Shown here: positions 11,346-25,470 of the stretch, in pieces
Layout: the number at the start of each line of letters is the position of its first letter
How positions within the stretch are numbered: position 1 is the first letter of the stretch
Assembly (NCBI GenBank): GCA_965153355.1
Contig: OZ231126.1
Span: 46,562,001 to 46,626,000, forward strand
Reading direction: 5' to 3'
DNA from: Flaccisagitta enflata
Lineage: Eukaryota
DNA: 64,000 nt
Notes under the pieces: model-generated
Database searches by the model: none
Told to the model about the DNA's origin: nothing
What the model saw: the letters and a program-made list of their open reading frames with translations, nothing else
Position numbers and translations under genes: made by a program

Positions 11346-12090
11346 TCATATTCTATCCAAAACTTCCATCGTGACGACGGAGTTCCCTCGAACGACGACT
11401 GTACCGAGTGTGGCTTTGACCCCCTGTAACGACACCTCCGAAGCACTGTCGACAACCTGGAAAGGGGTGGGGGCGAAGGGAACAGGGGGTTGTTTGATAT
11501 CATAAGACTATATTAGAGTCGACATTCATCGCATACACTTTTTCTTATAAGAACCTAGTTAATAAGAGCAAGGCTTGAAATTTCTCCAAAATTACAGGGG
11601 TGTATATAGTTGAGCGGCTTTTGATTTTATTCCCCCCTGCCTTTGATTTTCTTCCCCACGACACGTCGCGTTACAAAATCTTTGATTTTCTTCCCCATAA
11701 AGCTATAAAACAGTTTATTTTAGGTTTAAATAGTGTTAAATTGTGTTGTAGTAATTGTATTTTACCTTTTGGTATTACCAAAAGTGTTAGATCTTCAAAA
11801 AATTTCTCTTTTCTTTTTTTCAAACTTTTGATTTTCTTCCCCATCTCCAAACCCTTTGATTTTATTCCCCCCCCCCCGGGGGGGAATACTCAACTTTGTA
11901 ATATTACCAGCGTTACAGATGATATTTCCGTAACACTTCAGACAAAATACACAAGCAATCTTACCAGATTCATGAATGGATCAAAGCCTCGCAAGAGACC
12001 CTTGACTTTGCGCGTGCGACCGACTTGAATGAGAACTTTCTTGTCAAGAAGCTTTTTCAAGTCGGGGTAGTTGTTCATTCGCCCAGACAT
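11346..12090 (-). CDS. SNRPG: small nuclear ribonucleoprotein G (SmG)-like, divergent, 78 aa (absent from ORF track)
   Basis: Exons 12090-11965 and 11456-11346. Sequence: [78 protein letters not shown]. Sm1 [11 protein letters not shown] and Sm2 GxVVxRGNS are SmG-type. Confidence 0.85.
11595..11893. mobile_element. truncated hAT-type MITE in the SmG intron
   Basis: Starts CAGGGGTGTATATAGTTGAG. Near-identical, in reverse orientation, to the complete copy at 45437-45719. Confidence 0.75.
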
Positions 12091-12969
12091 TGTGTGTGAC
12101 AGATTAATCAGAGTTTGAGTATCTTTTTATTCGTCGTTATTGATCAGGGTTAAGATCAGCTGATTGGACTCGTGACTGGAAACAAGATCAATTTCAATAA
12201 AGCAATTGAAAGACTCATAATCGGGAATTGTCGATGAGATTGCCAACAAATATGTCAGAAGAAGAAAAACAGCTTGGGCGGTACGAACTTCAGTGGAATT
12301 AGGAATACAAAGGCAAATCTGCGTAGATTTCAACATGTAACTAGTAATACCGAAAGGAATACAACAAGGAACAAACAAAAACGCGCTCCGAGCGGTGATG
12401 ACCAAACATACACGTCTATGAAAAATACTGATATCCCCCCCCGTTTATCAATTACACAATACACACATTATACATCCCTATGCACAAAGTGATATTTAAC
12501 TTTCTTACAATTTACTTAAGTATTTCTTAAATTCTTGAGACCAGTCATTGCAGAATATAACCCAGCCAAATCAAACCGATAACAATCGATGATTGCAATC
12601 CAAATAAAACACAGCTTTCTTTCCCGAGGTGCGATACGTTACATTCATGAAATCACATCGTTAAAGAGTCAAGCGACCAGCGTCAAGTTAAGTATTTTCA
12701 CCAACTCTAACAATTCATATCGCCACTTCGTCAAATCTATAGGTGAATAAGACGCAAATCTCGCGACAAAGAAGCGCAATGTCCGCAATAATGAAGCCTA
12801 CACAGTGCGAAGCACGGTACTGTAGAAAAAATAATAAAAACATCAGATAAGACAGAATGTAGACACACCTCATCCGGCGAGGCGTCTGAAAAATCCGCTA
12901 ACTTACTAACTGCACATTGAACTGGAGAACCAAGCTTTTAAATTGTCTGCCCACGGGTCGAGGGGCAAA

Positions 12970-14533
12970 TCAACTGGCGCCTAGTTGCGGCTTTTCATAC
13001 GTTTCCAATGTCGTTCTTTTCAATTCCTCACGGAAAAAGGCGATGGTTCTGTTGAGACCTTCCCTCATGGAGATTTTTGGTTCCCAACCGAGAGTCTTTT
13101 TGGCCCTGTCGATGTCGGGTCGTCGTCGTCGGGGATCGTCCTCCGGCATGGGATCGTGCTTCACTTCCGAATTTCCCCCAACCAACTTTTTGATGATTTT
13201 GGCAAAGTCCAAAATGGTGTGCTCTTCGGGATTACCCAAATTCACCGGTTGAGAGTAATTCGAGTTCATCAAAGCGATTAGCCCGTCGACCAAGTCCGAC
13301 ACGTATTGAAAGCTCCTAGTTTGAGAGCCACTACCGTAAACAGTGATGGGTTTGTTTTGAAGCGCTTGTATGATGAAGTTGGATACGACGCGACCGTCGT
13401 TCAGGTGCATGCGCGGTCCGAACGTGTTAAAGATACGCGCCACACGTACTTGCACTTGTTCCTGTTTCTGGTAAGCGTAGCACATTGTCTCGGCCACGCG
13501 TTTTCCTTCGTCGTAGCACGCGCGCGGTCCGATGGGATTGACGTGGCCCCAATAGGTCTCCTTTTGCGGATGTTGGTCGGGATCACCATACACCTCGGAA
13601 GTAGAGGCGAGTAAAAGTCGAGCGTTGACGCGTTTCGCCAGTCCCAGCATATTGATGGTGCCGACGGTATTCGTTTTGATTGTCTTAATGGGATTGTACA
13701 TGTAATTCGGCGGAGACGCCGGTGACGCCAAATGGTAAATTTGGTCCACTTCAATATAAATGGAATTCACCACGTCGTGATTGATCAACTCGAAATTGGG
13801 GTGGCCGATCCAGTGCTCTACGTTTCGCTTACGTCCGGTGAAAAAGTTGTCCACGACTACCACCTTAGAATTAAGATAAAGGAGGCAAAGGAAATTGGTA
13901 GAGGAAAATAGAAAATCCAAAATTCGCAATCAGGCGGTCTTCAGTACGCGATCAGTGGGTCAATAAGGGTCAAGGCTAGATCAACATTAAGCAAATAAGT
14001 TCCAAAATCTTGTCCATGATCCAATTGTTCTACACACTTTAACCCAATCCTGGCCTTATCGCCCTGCCACTAACACTACAGTTAGATGTTAGATAAAGTT
14101 AGACGCTTTGCCAGGAAAAATCCGCTGCAACAGTGCATAGATTTACCTCGTGACCTTCCGCCATCAGTTTATCGGTCAAGTGACTTCCAACAAAGCCCGC
14201 GCCTCCCGTGATCAGGATTCGCTTTCGATCTTTAACGTTACGAAATTGGACCGTGGGATAGCTTTTCCTGGAAGCCTCTAATTCCACGATTCTTTTCTCC
14301 ATTCGTTCGATGTGCTCGGTGAGCTGCTCGATTTGCGATTGTTGCCGCCATTTATTGGCCTCACTCTTCCGCACTTCCTTCGGCGAGGGATGAGTATTCG
14401 AGACGTCGTCAAGTTCGCTCGATGTCAACTTCAAAATCATGCAAAACGTCAGTAATGCGATGGCAGAAATCATCATCAGCGTCATCTTTCTCAAACGGAG
14501 GGCGGACAAGGATCTCAAATCCCAAGGGCGCAT
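12970..14533 (-). CDS. UXS1: UDP-glucuronic acid decarboxylase 1 (UDP-xylose synthase), 426 aa
   Basis: Exons 14533-14147 and 13863-12970. N-terminal type II TM anchor, [66 protein letters not shown]. Confidence 0.96.
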
Positions 14534-15552
14534 AATAGCCGCTGTCAATTCTTCATGCGTGTCCCATTTGAATTGTTCGCGAACCGCACATCTCCTTTAA
14601 AACACGTGTCGAACGTGTTGTTACATCTGAATTGCAGTAGGATAATGTATCATTGAGGTAAAACATACTTCGTGATCAATACAAAAATACGTTGTTCTAC
14701 TACGATATTCGCCCGAACAAGATCATGCCAATTGGCTTCCTAATTTTCTTAATCGCGATGGAAAAAAATCCATCGATGCTCATTATTATCAAGTGCCTTC
14801 CTAATAAAACTCTGATAGATCTTTATAAAACGCGCGCAGAAACAACGATAAGTGCCTTTCCTCCACGACAGCGCGCCAACCACTGACTTATGCACGAGTT
14901 CATCAGTCAGATCTCATGGTAAGCGACACAATCGTAAAGGATTCTTTCGGGGGTGAAGCTGGCCCATGACCCCAAAGGCAATTGCGTAGACAGATGGGAC
15001 AGAGAAACAAAGAAAGCGGTGCTGAAGTCCTAAATCTAATCAAAGTGGAATGAGAGACCATGGTGACCATTCAACAGGTTCTTTTTTTTTCAAAATACTG
15101 CAGAAGTAAAAAAAACGCAAAGAAATCGCGATGACTGTTCACCATTTAAAAGGATTATCCTCCAAGCGCCAAAGTGATTAAGCTAGTCATAATAGATAAG
15201 AATGGGCCTGCTCGCGTCTCGCCGAGAGCCGAGACATTCAGAACTATGTATACAAGTGGATCTCGAGAAAAAGAGGAACAGTAACTACACATTTTTTTCC
15301 GTATTAACCATCACAATGTGACGAGACAAGTGAAGAAGTCTCTCCAGGGAAGCGTATGTGTACCACAAAAGTAATCACAGTTCCTTTTGTAAATCAAATA
15401 TAAATACGGTCAAATCCTATGGGTCCCCTACATTACATCGTTCTGTTCAATCAACGCAAAGTCAAAGAGAGAGAGATGGGCGTATGGACGAAACCATGGG
15501 TTACGTAATATCGTCTCATTCCATCGACCGTCCATCTCTCGTTCTTCTTAAT

Positions 15553-16020
15553 TTAGGCGTCGGAGGGTCGTTTTTCCGCGTGCTTCTTCGTAAATTCTTC
15601 GGCAGATTTGAGAAACTTTTTCTTGTCGCGCGTGAATTCTTCGGCGAGATCGGATCGAAGTGGATGATCGGGCTCTGGGTCATTGACCAGGGCCACGAGG
15701 CTTTGGATAACCTGATCGGTCTTAGTCGCCGGCTTCCAGTTCTCCGTCGAAATAATCGGCAGGCAGACTTGGCCCTTTTCATCGACGTTTGGATGGTAGA
15801 TCTTTGTTTTGAACGTAATTTTTGGCGGTTTGAAGGGGTACTCGGCCGGAAATATGATTTCGATTCGAAATGCTCCCTTGTTGTACGGCGCGTTGTCCGG
15901 AACGATAAGGCCTTGCCAACAGAGAATGTTTGACTCGTCCACGACAATATCACGGAATGACTTGAGCGCCGAACCGCGAATGTCCTGCAATTCTTTCGCC
16001 AAGCGCCGGGTGGCCGCCAT
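15553..16020 (-). CDS. UBE2L3: ubiquitin-conjugating enzyme E2 L3 (UbcH7), intronless CDS
   Basis: [11 protein letters not shown]...[52 protein letters not shown]...EPDHPLR...[13 protein letters not shown] matches UbcH7 throughout. Confidence 0.95.
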   Translation of the reverse strand: MAATRRLAKELQDIRGSALKSFRDIVVDESNILCWQGLIVPDNAPYNKGAFRIEIIFPAEYPFKPPKITFKTKIYHPNVDEKGQVCLPIISTENWKPATKTDQVIQSLVALVNDPEPDHPLRSDLAEEFTRDKKKFLKSAEEFTKKHAEKRPSDA

Positions 16021-16954
16021 GCTTATCGTCGAGAAATTATCAAGTTAATAGTTTTTAATTTTTTCGCAAGTCTTTCAGACAGATTATTCAAGGAGACCCA
16101 CTGCGCTTCTGGTTATAACGAGAGCTAGTACGGCAGCGATACCGATAATTACGTGATCTCTACAAAATCTGTTATTCAAAAAAGGAACAACCAATGGAAA
16201 AAGGAGTAATCCAGAGGCGGTTTGCCAATAATTTGTAAAACAGGAAGAGTATGGCGGTTACGGCAAAAATCCTCAAAAGCGTCCTGAATAGGAATCTTAC
16301 AATTCCGTGGGGGTAAATTGGTTTACTGCAGTGATCACATAAATACTGACGCCAAGATCCAGAACTGTGCAAAGTCTATTTAGACTAGAGAACAGTCAGT
16401 GATGGCTTTTAATAATAGGAAGAAGCATGATTCGAAAGAGTATCAAATTAAGAAGCAAATCGAAAAAGCGGCATCATTGCGTGGCATAAAATGACTAAAG
16501 ATGCGCTAAGAATTGTAAAGAATATTATATGTATATGATTAGGTCCTACTACATAACGCTGTCCATGAACAACCGGCGCTTTAAAGAGAGTACAAATCCC
16601 TCCAAAAAGCTCACTTCTTCCATGAATGTCTAAATTGTCTATCTAATAGTTGGTGACTAGGTTCATTGCCAAAATACGATACAATAAATAACTAATTTCA
16701 TCGCTCGCGTCGATACAGTAGCTGCTGTTTTGACTAACACTCCCGGAACAGTTAACAGTATGAAAAAATGGATAAAATCAAGATCTTTACGAAAAAAACT
16801 TTCCCCTAAAACTCGCACGCATATCTTTTCATTGGGAGCCAGAAAAAAATACTAGATCTTGTTATCAACCACTCAGTCTTGATACAAACAGGTTTTTTTT
16901 TCAATCAAAATTAAATCACCATGCTTGGCTGAGGATCTTAAGAACTACGGTGTA

Positions 16955-17137
16955 CAGTTGAACCCCGCTCAGACAGACCCGCTACCAACAGAATTCCGCT
17001 TATAACACACTTATAACACATATTATAATCCCTTCAAATTTATTTCTTTTACTTCCTTTGTTGGTAATAACTGAAGTCCACCTATAAAAGAAAAGAAATG
17101 TTGGTCCCCTGAAATCCAATAGAGCGGGGTTTAACTG
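16955..17137. mobile_element. Tc1/mariner (Tigger/pogo-like) MITE
   Basis: TA|CAGTTGAACCCCGCTC ... GAGCGGGGTTTAACTG|TA. Confidence 0.75.
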
Positions 17138-18114
17138 TATTATCAAATCAAGATTGCATGTACTTTATCCAACCCACGCCACCTTTCTTTCTGCTGTTTT
17201 TAGTCGCATGCACCCGACTATACAACCCGCTTTGTCCGTCCGTCCGTCCGTCTGTCTGTCACACTTGACTTTTTTTTAATTTCAGTCATTTTTAATCATT
17301 TTTAGTCATTCTAAGCTATTCAAAGTCATTTTAACTCATAAGAAGTTATGTCAAGTCAGCCTAGCAGGCGACTCATACTCACTACGCAAATATCAAGGTT
17401 ATACAGTAGCTTTCGAATTGTCCCATCCCTAGCTACCCCTAAAAGCTGAATATAGGTTCATTAGGTTGCAATTGCTCATGATTTAAATACCTACCTATTA
17501 CGAATTCAATTTATCCCGATTGCCCACGTAGAAATATGCACCTAGTTTTCAATTAAAGTGTCACTACATGAAGTATGAAGTACCTGATCAGTGATCTGGG
17601 CGTTGGTAAATGCTGAGTGCAGGTGATACTTAAGTTTGTATAATAAATACGCAGGTTGCCATAATTGTCAGTACGCAAATCTGTTTACCGTGGGACAAAA
17701 TATAAATGACACCATCGATCAAACTTGTGAGTATTCTGCATTTTGAGCATACGCTTGGACCTGTGTAATACTGACCACACCTAAAATACTGACTTCAAGT
17801 CTAGTAGCGGCTACCTGTGGGAAAACCATCTAATATGGTACATTTATGCAATAAACTAGAGTATATCATTTTTTGAAATTTGACCCTAATCCCCGACCTC
17901 CCTAATCAGTGCGCTTTCCTAAAGACAATTCTTACTAATCATATCAGCTCCCAAAATAATAACGAAAGCCGAGGGCCGACGCGTCAGTCACATCATGACA
18001 TGCAGGAGAGATCCAACCAATACTGTCATAAAACGCCCTTACAATAGTGGACATGTTTAAAGACAATGAGAATTCAAAAGCTTTAGCCAACAGTTCAACA
18101 GAAATTGAGGAATA

Positions 18115-18431
18115 CCGTATTTCTTGCATTTATCGCCCCCCCTCAAATTAGCGCCCCCCCCTTTTGATGAGAGAATGACTTAATGACAAATTATCTTTTA
18201 ATGGGAAAAATCTTTTTGATTTTTTTGCAAAAACCACATGAATAGAGCCTGTAATACAGCAGAACTCAATTTTTTAGTATTCTACTGCACTGAAATATAA
18301 TAGATTTGTCAAAAAAAGTTAATTTAATGTAAAATCATGTACATATAGGTTACTAGGGGGGCGCTCAATATAGGTTAGAAATGGCATTTTAATTTGGAAA
18401 GCGCCCGGGGCGCTAATTACAAGAAATACGG
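18115..18431. mobile_element. Tc1/mariner-type MITE
   Basis: TA|CCGTATTTCTTGCATTTATCGCCCC ... GGGCGCTAATTACAAGAAATACGG|TA. Confidence 0.8.
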
Positions 18432-18505
18432 TAGGCTAGTTTCAAGAAACCGCAGTCCAACTTAAATATATTAACACACTATAACATCAATCTTATACTC
18501 ATGAT

Positions 18506-19246
18506 CAGAGGTGCAGATTCTACAAGCTGCCCCACAGCAGAAATTGGCAATCTTGGCTGCCGCACATAGATATTGCAGAGAAAACACTGATTTTTTTAAT
18601 CGCGTGCTACGTGACTCTATAAGCCACTTTTTGGTTGGTCGGTCCGTTGGTCCGTAACAAAACTTTAAAAGGCTTTTTACACAAAATGAAGACATTCTAA
18701 ATGTTTTTGAATGTTTCTAAGGCATTTATAAGCCTCTATAAGCCACTTTTTGGTTGGTCAGTCGGTCTGTCCATCTGTTTGTCTGTCTGTCACAAAGTTG
18801 TTTGAAGGGTATACAGCCAATTTAAAGACATATTAAATGTTTTTGAATGTTTTTCATTCATACACCTCTATAAGCCACTTTTTTGTCCATCTGTTTGTCT
18901 GTCCATTGGTTTGTCATGCAGTTGTCTTTAAGATTTTTTGTTGCTAGTTCCGAGGTCTTTTTAAATGTTTTATTCTGTTCATCTGTCTGTCTGCCTGACT
19001 TTTCTGAAAATGCCGATGCACGCGACTTAGGTCTAATGACCTTGTTTGCATTTGACCCTCATAACTATGATAAGCCTGTATTCATTTTTTTGCCTTCTGC
19101 ATTCTTTTTCTCGTAATCAAGTTGGTATTCCACAATTTCATGTGCTTTTGATATAATTTCACCATATTTTATCCTAGTCTGATGCCCCTGCTGCACATTT
19201 CTGCCACCCTGCTGCGTAGCATTGCTACATGCAATCTGCACCACTG
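18506..19246. mobile_element. degenerate TIR element (hAT-like) containing a HINE-like insert
   Basis: CAGAGGTGCAGATT ... AATCTGCACCACTG termini with imperfect TSD. Internal HINE-like sequence at ~18595-19045. Confidence 0.5.
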
Positions 19247-20071
19247 AAATCATGATTAACTAAATATTTTTCTTTATTTTTCTATATTCAATATTTTTTC
19301 TATAAAAAATGATATAAAAGAAAACAATAGATCTCTAATCATTCAATAAATCAATCTGTTCAGTTGGCCCGCTGTTTTCAGAAACAGCCAATACAATAAA
19401 AAAATTTATATTTATAAGTTAATCATAACTTGAAATCAAAGATGTATAATTCAGTTGTATATTTTAGTAACGCAGGGAATACCACGTGAAACATTAAATT
19501 TAGGACCTGCTGACTTGGGACTTGATCTCACCAATTCCACAAGAGAATTTTCTGTTTTTTCACCCAAAATCCGGAAATGCATGACAATGAAGCACAGTCG
19601 GTTTTTAATCAAACCTCTGATTACTCGCCATGACTGATACAATAGAGTAGAGCACCGCTGGAGCGCACCCGCTATTAAGGCATGCCCGCCTATAAGGCAT
19701 ATAATGTGCGGTCTCATGAAAGATTTTGTAGTTATTTGATTACTGGCAATAAAGCAGCTTCACTTTGGGCATAATTCTGTTCAGCTCCATGGCATGCGCT
19801 TTAGTGAAGCTCAACTGTACATCTAACACAGCCATAATTCTCAACTGACAATTTCTTGGAACTATCTTGAAGTTTTAAATTTAGTACATTGCTTCAAATT
19901 CTTGGTATCAAAATGTCCTGGAATTCGAAGTTTGGTTATTGTGACAATTTAATGTGTTAAATTAACTGTTTTAAATGAGCTGAAATTTTAGAAAATCATT
20001 ATTTCTTTCAGTAGTTTTATAAATTAAAGGTAATTTGATAAAAATTGTAGCAAATCATCTGGTATTATACA

Positions 20072-20400
20072 TAGTAGGTTGGCCTAAAGTGGGCTCATAG
20101 TCAAATTTCATGATGCCATTGGAGAAAATATGATCATTTCCCTGATACATAAAGAATCCAAGATTTGAGGGTGATTAAAAAAAGTTTACACATGACCGCC
20201 ACCCCACCCATTTCCTATTATAAGAAAAAATCTTTTCTGTACATTTTCTATAGAAAATAGGGGGGGGGGGTGGCGGTCATGAGTAAACTTTATCTGATTA
20301 CCCCCAAACTTTGGAATTCTCATTTATGATGGAGATGGTCTCATTATCTCCAATGGCAACATGAATTTTGAAAATGATCCCACTTAAAGCCACCCTACTA
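20072..20400. mobile_element. fold-back MITE with ~150-bp imperfect inverted arms
   Basis: TAGTAGGTTGGCCTAAAGTGGG ... CCCACTTAAAGCCACCCTACTA. The arms are alignable across their length. Confidence 0.75.
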
Positions 20401-21695
20401 TATGGTGAGGCATCGCTAGAGCACATATGCTTTTAGGGCATACCCTATAAGGCATAACAGATGATTCTGTAGTTATTTGCTCATTGGCAATTGAGCAGCG
20501 TAATTACAGGGCATAAATTTGCTCAATCCCTTGGCATGCGTTCTAGTGAAGCTTAACTATTCTTCTGATCAGTGATCTGGCTTCTTAGGTTTCCCCCTGT
20601 CCCAGAAATAATTTTTTTAAAGATCTTTTAAACACCTTTTTCCCTACATGGTTATTCAGAAACGGTTTCAACATTCCAATTGCAAAAATTACATCTAAAT
20701 ATCTTTAATATTAGCCCAATCCGGCATTTCCAGCTCAAACCATATAGAAATGAAAGCAAGTTAGAGAAAAAACAGCCTTGCCAGCCATCTTCAAAAAAAG
20801 CTAAATATTTTTTTTGCCATTTGTGATTAATGACCCTGTACTTCTCTTAGAATAATACTAACCAGTAACCATCCTGCGGGCTAATTTGCATAGATTCAGT
20901 CTGTCGCCTTGTTCTCGGGCTCGATTTAATTATCTCGATGGCACTATTCAGCTTAACATGCACAAATGAATATTGAAGGTTTTTCAAACTAGCACCAATA
21001 CTGGTGCGTGCGCCAAGTCAGGTTTGAAGCTGCCAGCGCGGCATACATAAAATAATGCCGGCTTTAATGACCAACGAATCAGAAAAACACTTTCATTATC
21101 ATGAGTTGGGGCTAATCAGAGAGTTAATGTACTAATTCTTCAAAATTTATAAGCACAATGGGCGCGAATTAGAGCAGACAAAAAAACGTGCGATAAATGA
21201 CAACTAGAGTCAACTATGTATAACTTACAAGGCTAAACAACTACTCTAATCAATCAAAAGCTTGCTTCGACAAACTCAATAAAAGGCAAGAGGTTCGTTA
21301 TCAGATGAAGGTATCTACTATAAAATGGATACGAGCCCTCCAGCTGTCTTTATAACGGGTTTCAATGTAAATTCAGCTTTTCTTAATACTTTGCCTACGT
21401 CAATACTGGAAGTGGGGTCCAAGGGGTGGGGCATATCGGGAATTCACAGCGTCGATAAAAGGGTAAAACAGCATGTCATACTCGTGTAAGTATTAAAACA
21501 AGTCCCAGAGGGACGCGAGAGGCTTCTCATTGATCATCGGCTCTCAACTAAGGAATAAAAGATGTTTACATATTACATAATAATTACATCATTCATGTAG
21601 TTTTTATATTATATATAGTATTTATCAGGGAAAAGGTCATTTGCAAGATTGGCAAGCACGGCTTCATAGTGCAATAGGAAAATACAGTTATTTCA

Positions 21696-24641
<2,946 letters not shown>

Positions 24642-25470
24642 TGTCGTTGTAAAGTTTTTCCACACGATGGGAGAAGAGTTTATCATGGTTGACTTAGAAT
24701 ATATGCGGAGTGAAAATATATGTGCGAACGCTTCGTATTTCAATGAACTTTCCGAGTAAATAACGCTCACCAAAGCGCAGAAAAAGCGTTGTTAATCGGT
24801 CGAGTCGTGAATCCGATCCAAGGCAAACTTGCGTCGGCATCGCTCGCCCATTTTTGCACCGACGTTGATAAACGAGTTTTAGGGCATCTGGACAAAAACG
24901 GGGGAAGGTAATATCATATTATTGATAGGAAATTTACAATAGGAACGCCGATATAAATTAGCCTAACTGGGGTGGAAAAGTGGGGGGGCTGGACTAGACA
25001 GTATTGAGGTGGGCAACGGAGAAATTGTTTTCTGTACGCGACAATGGGACCCAGGTAATCCCGGGGGCAGTCACCACCGCAGATTTCTCAGCTGTTTTTC
25101 CGCCATTCGAGTGCAAAAGCGCCGACACAACCCGGTACTCCGAAACTACTCGACAGCGGCTGCTCTTTTGTTCGGAAAGAAAGGTTTCCATGGAATCCTA
25201 GACGCACTGGTCTCTATCATGTTATACCCATAAATCGTTACGTCATGTCATGATAAACAAGAGCAACTCGGGCTGAAGGATACATCGTGAGAAGCAAATC
25301 TGGCCCAACCCCCTACTTACCATCCTGAACAAATCACACCCTGCGTTACATGACCTCAAATTACCATGCCTTAGATGACATTCTGAGGTTTTACAACTCA
25401 ATACAAGCATCAACGAAAAATCGTTCCAATGAACCAAAGAGGGGGATCCGGCAGCAACACAAACTCCAAA

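Noticed and set aside
15358-15953. Long alternative-frame and antisense ORFs over UBE2L3 (also over UXS1, HAD, sFRP)
   Set aside because: Shadow ORFs of GC-richer coding sequence with no recognisable motifs.
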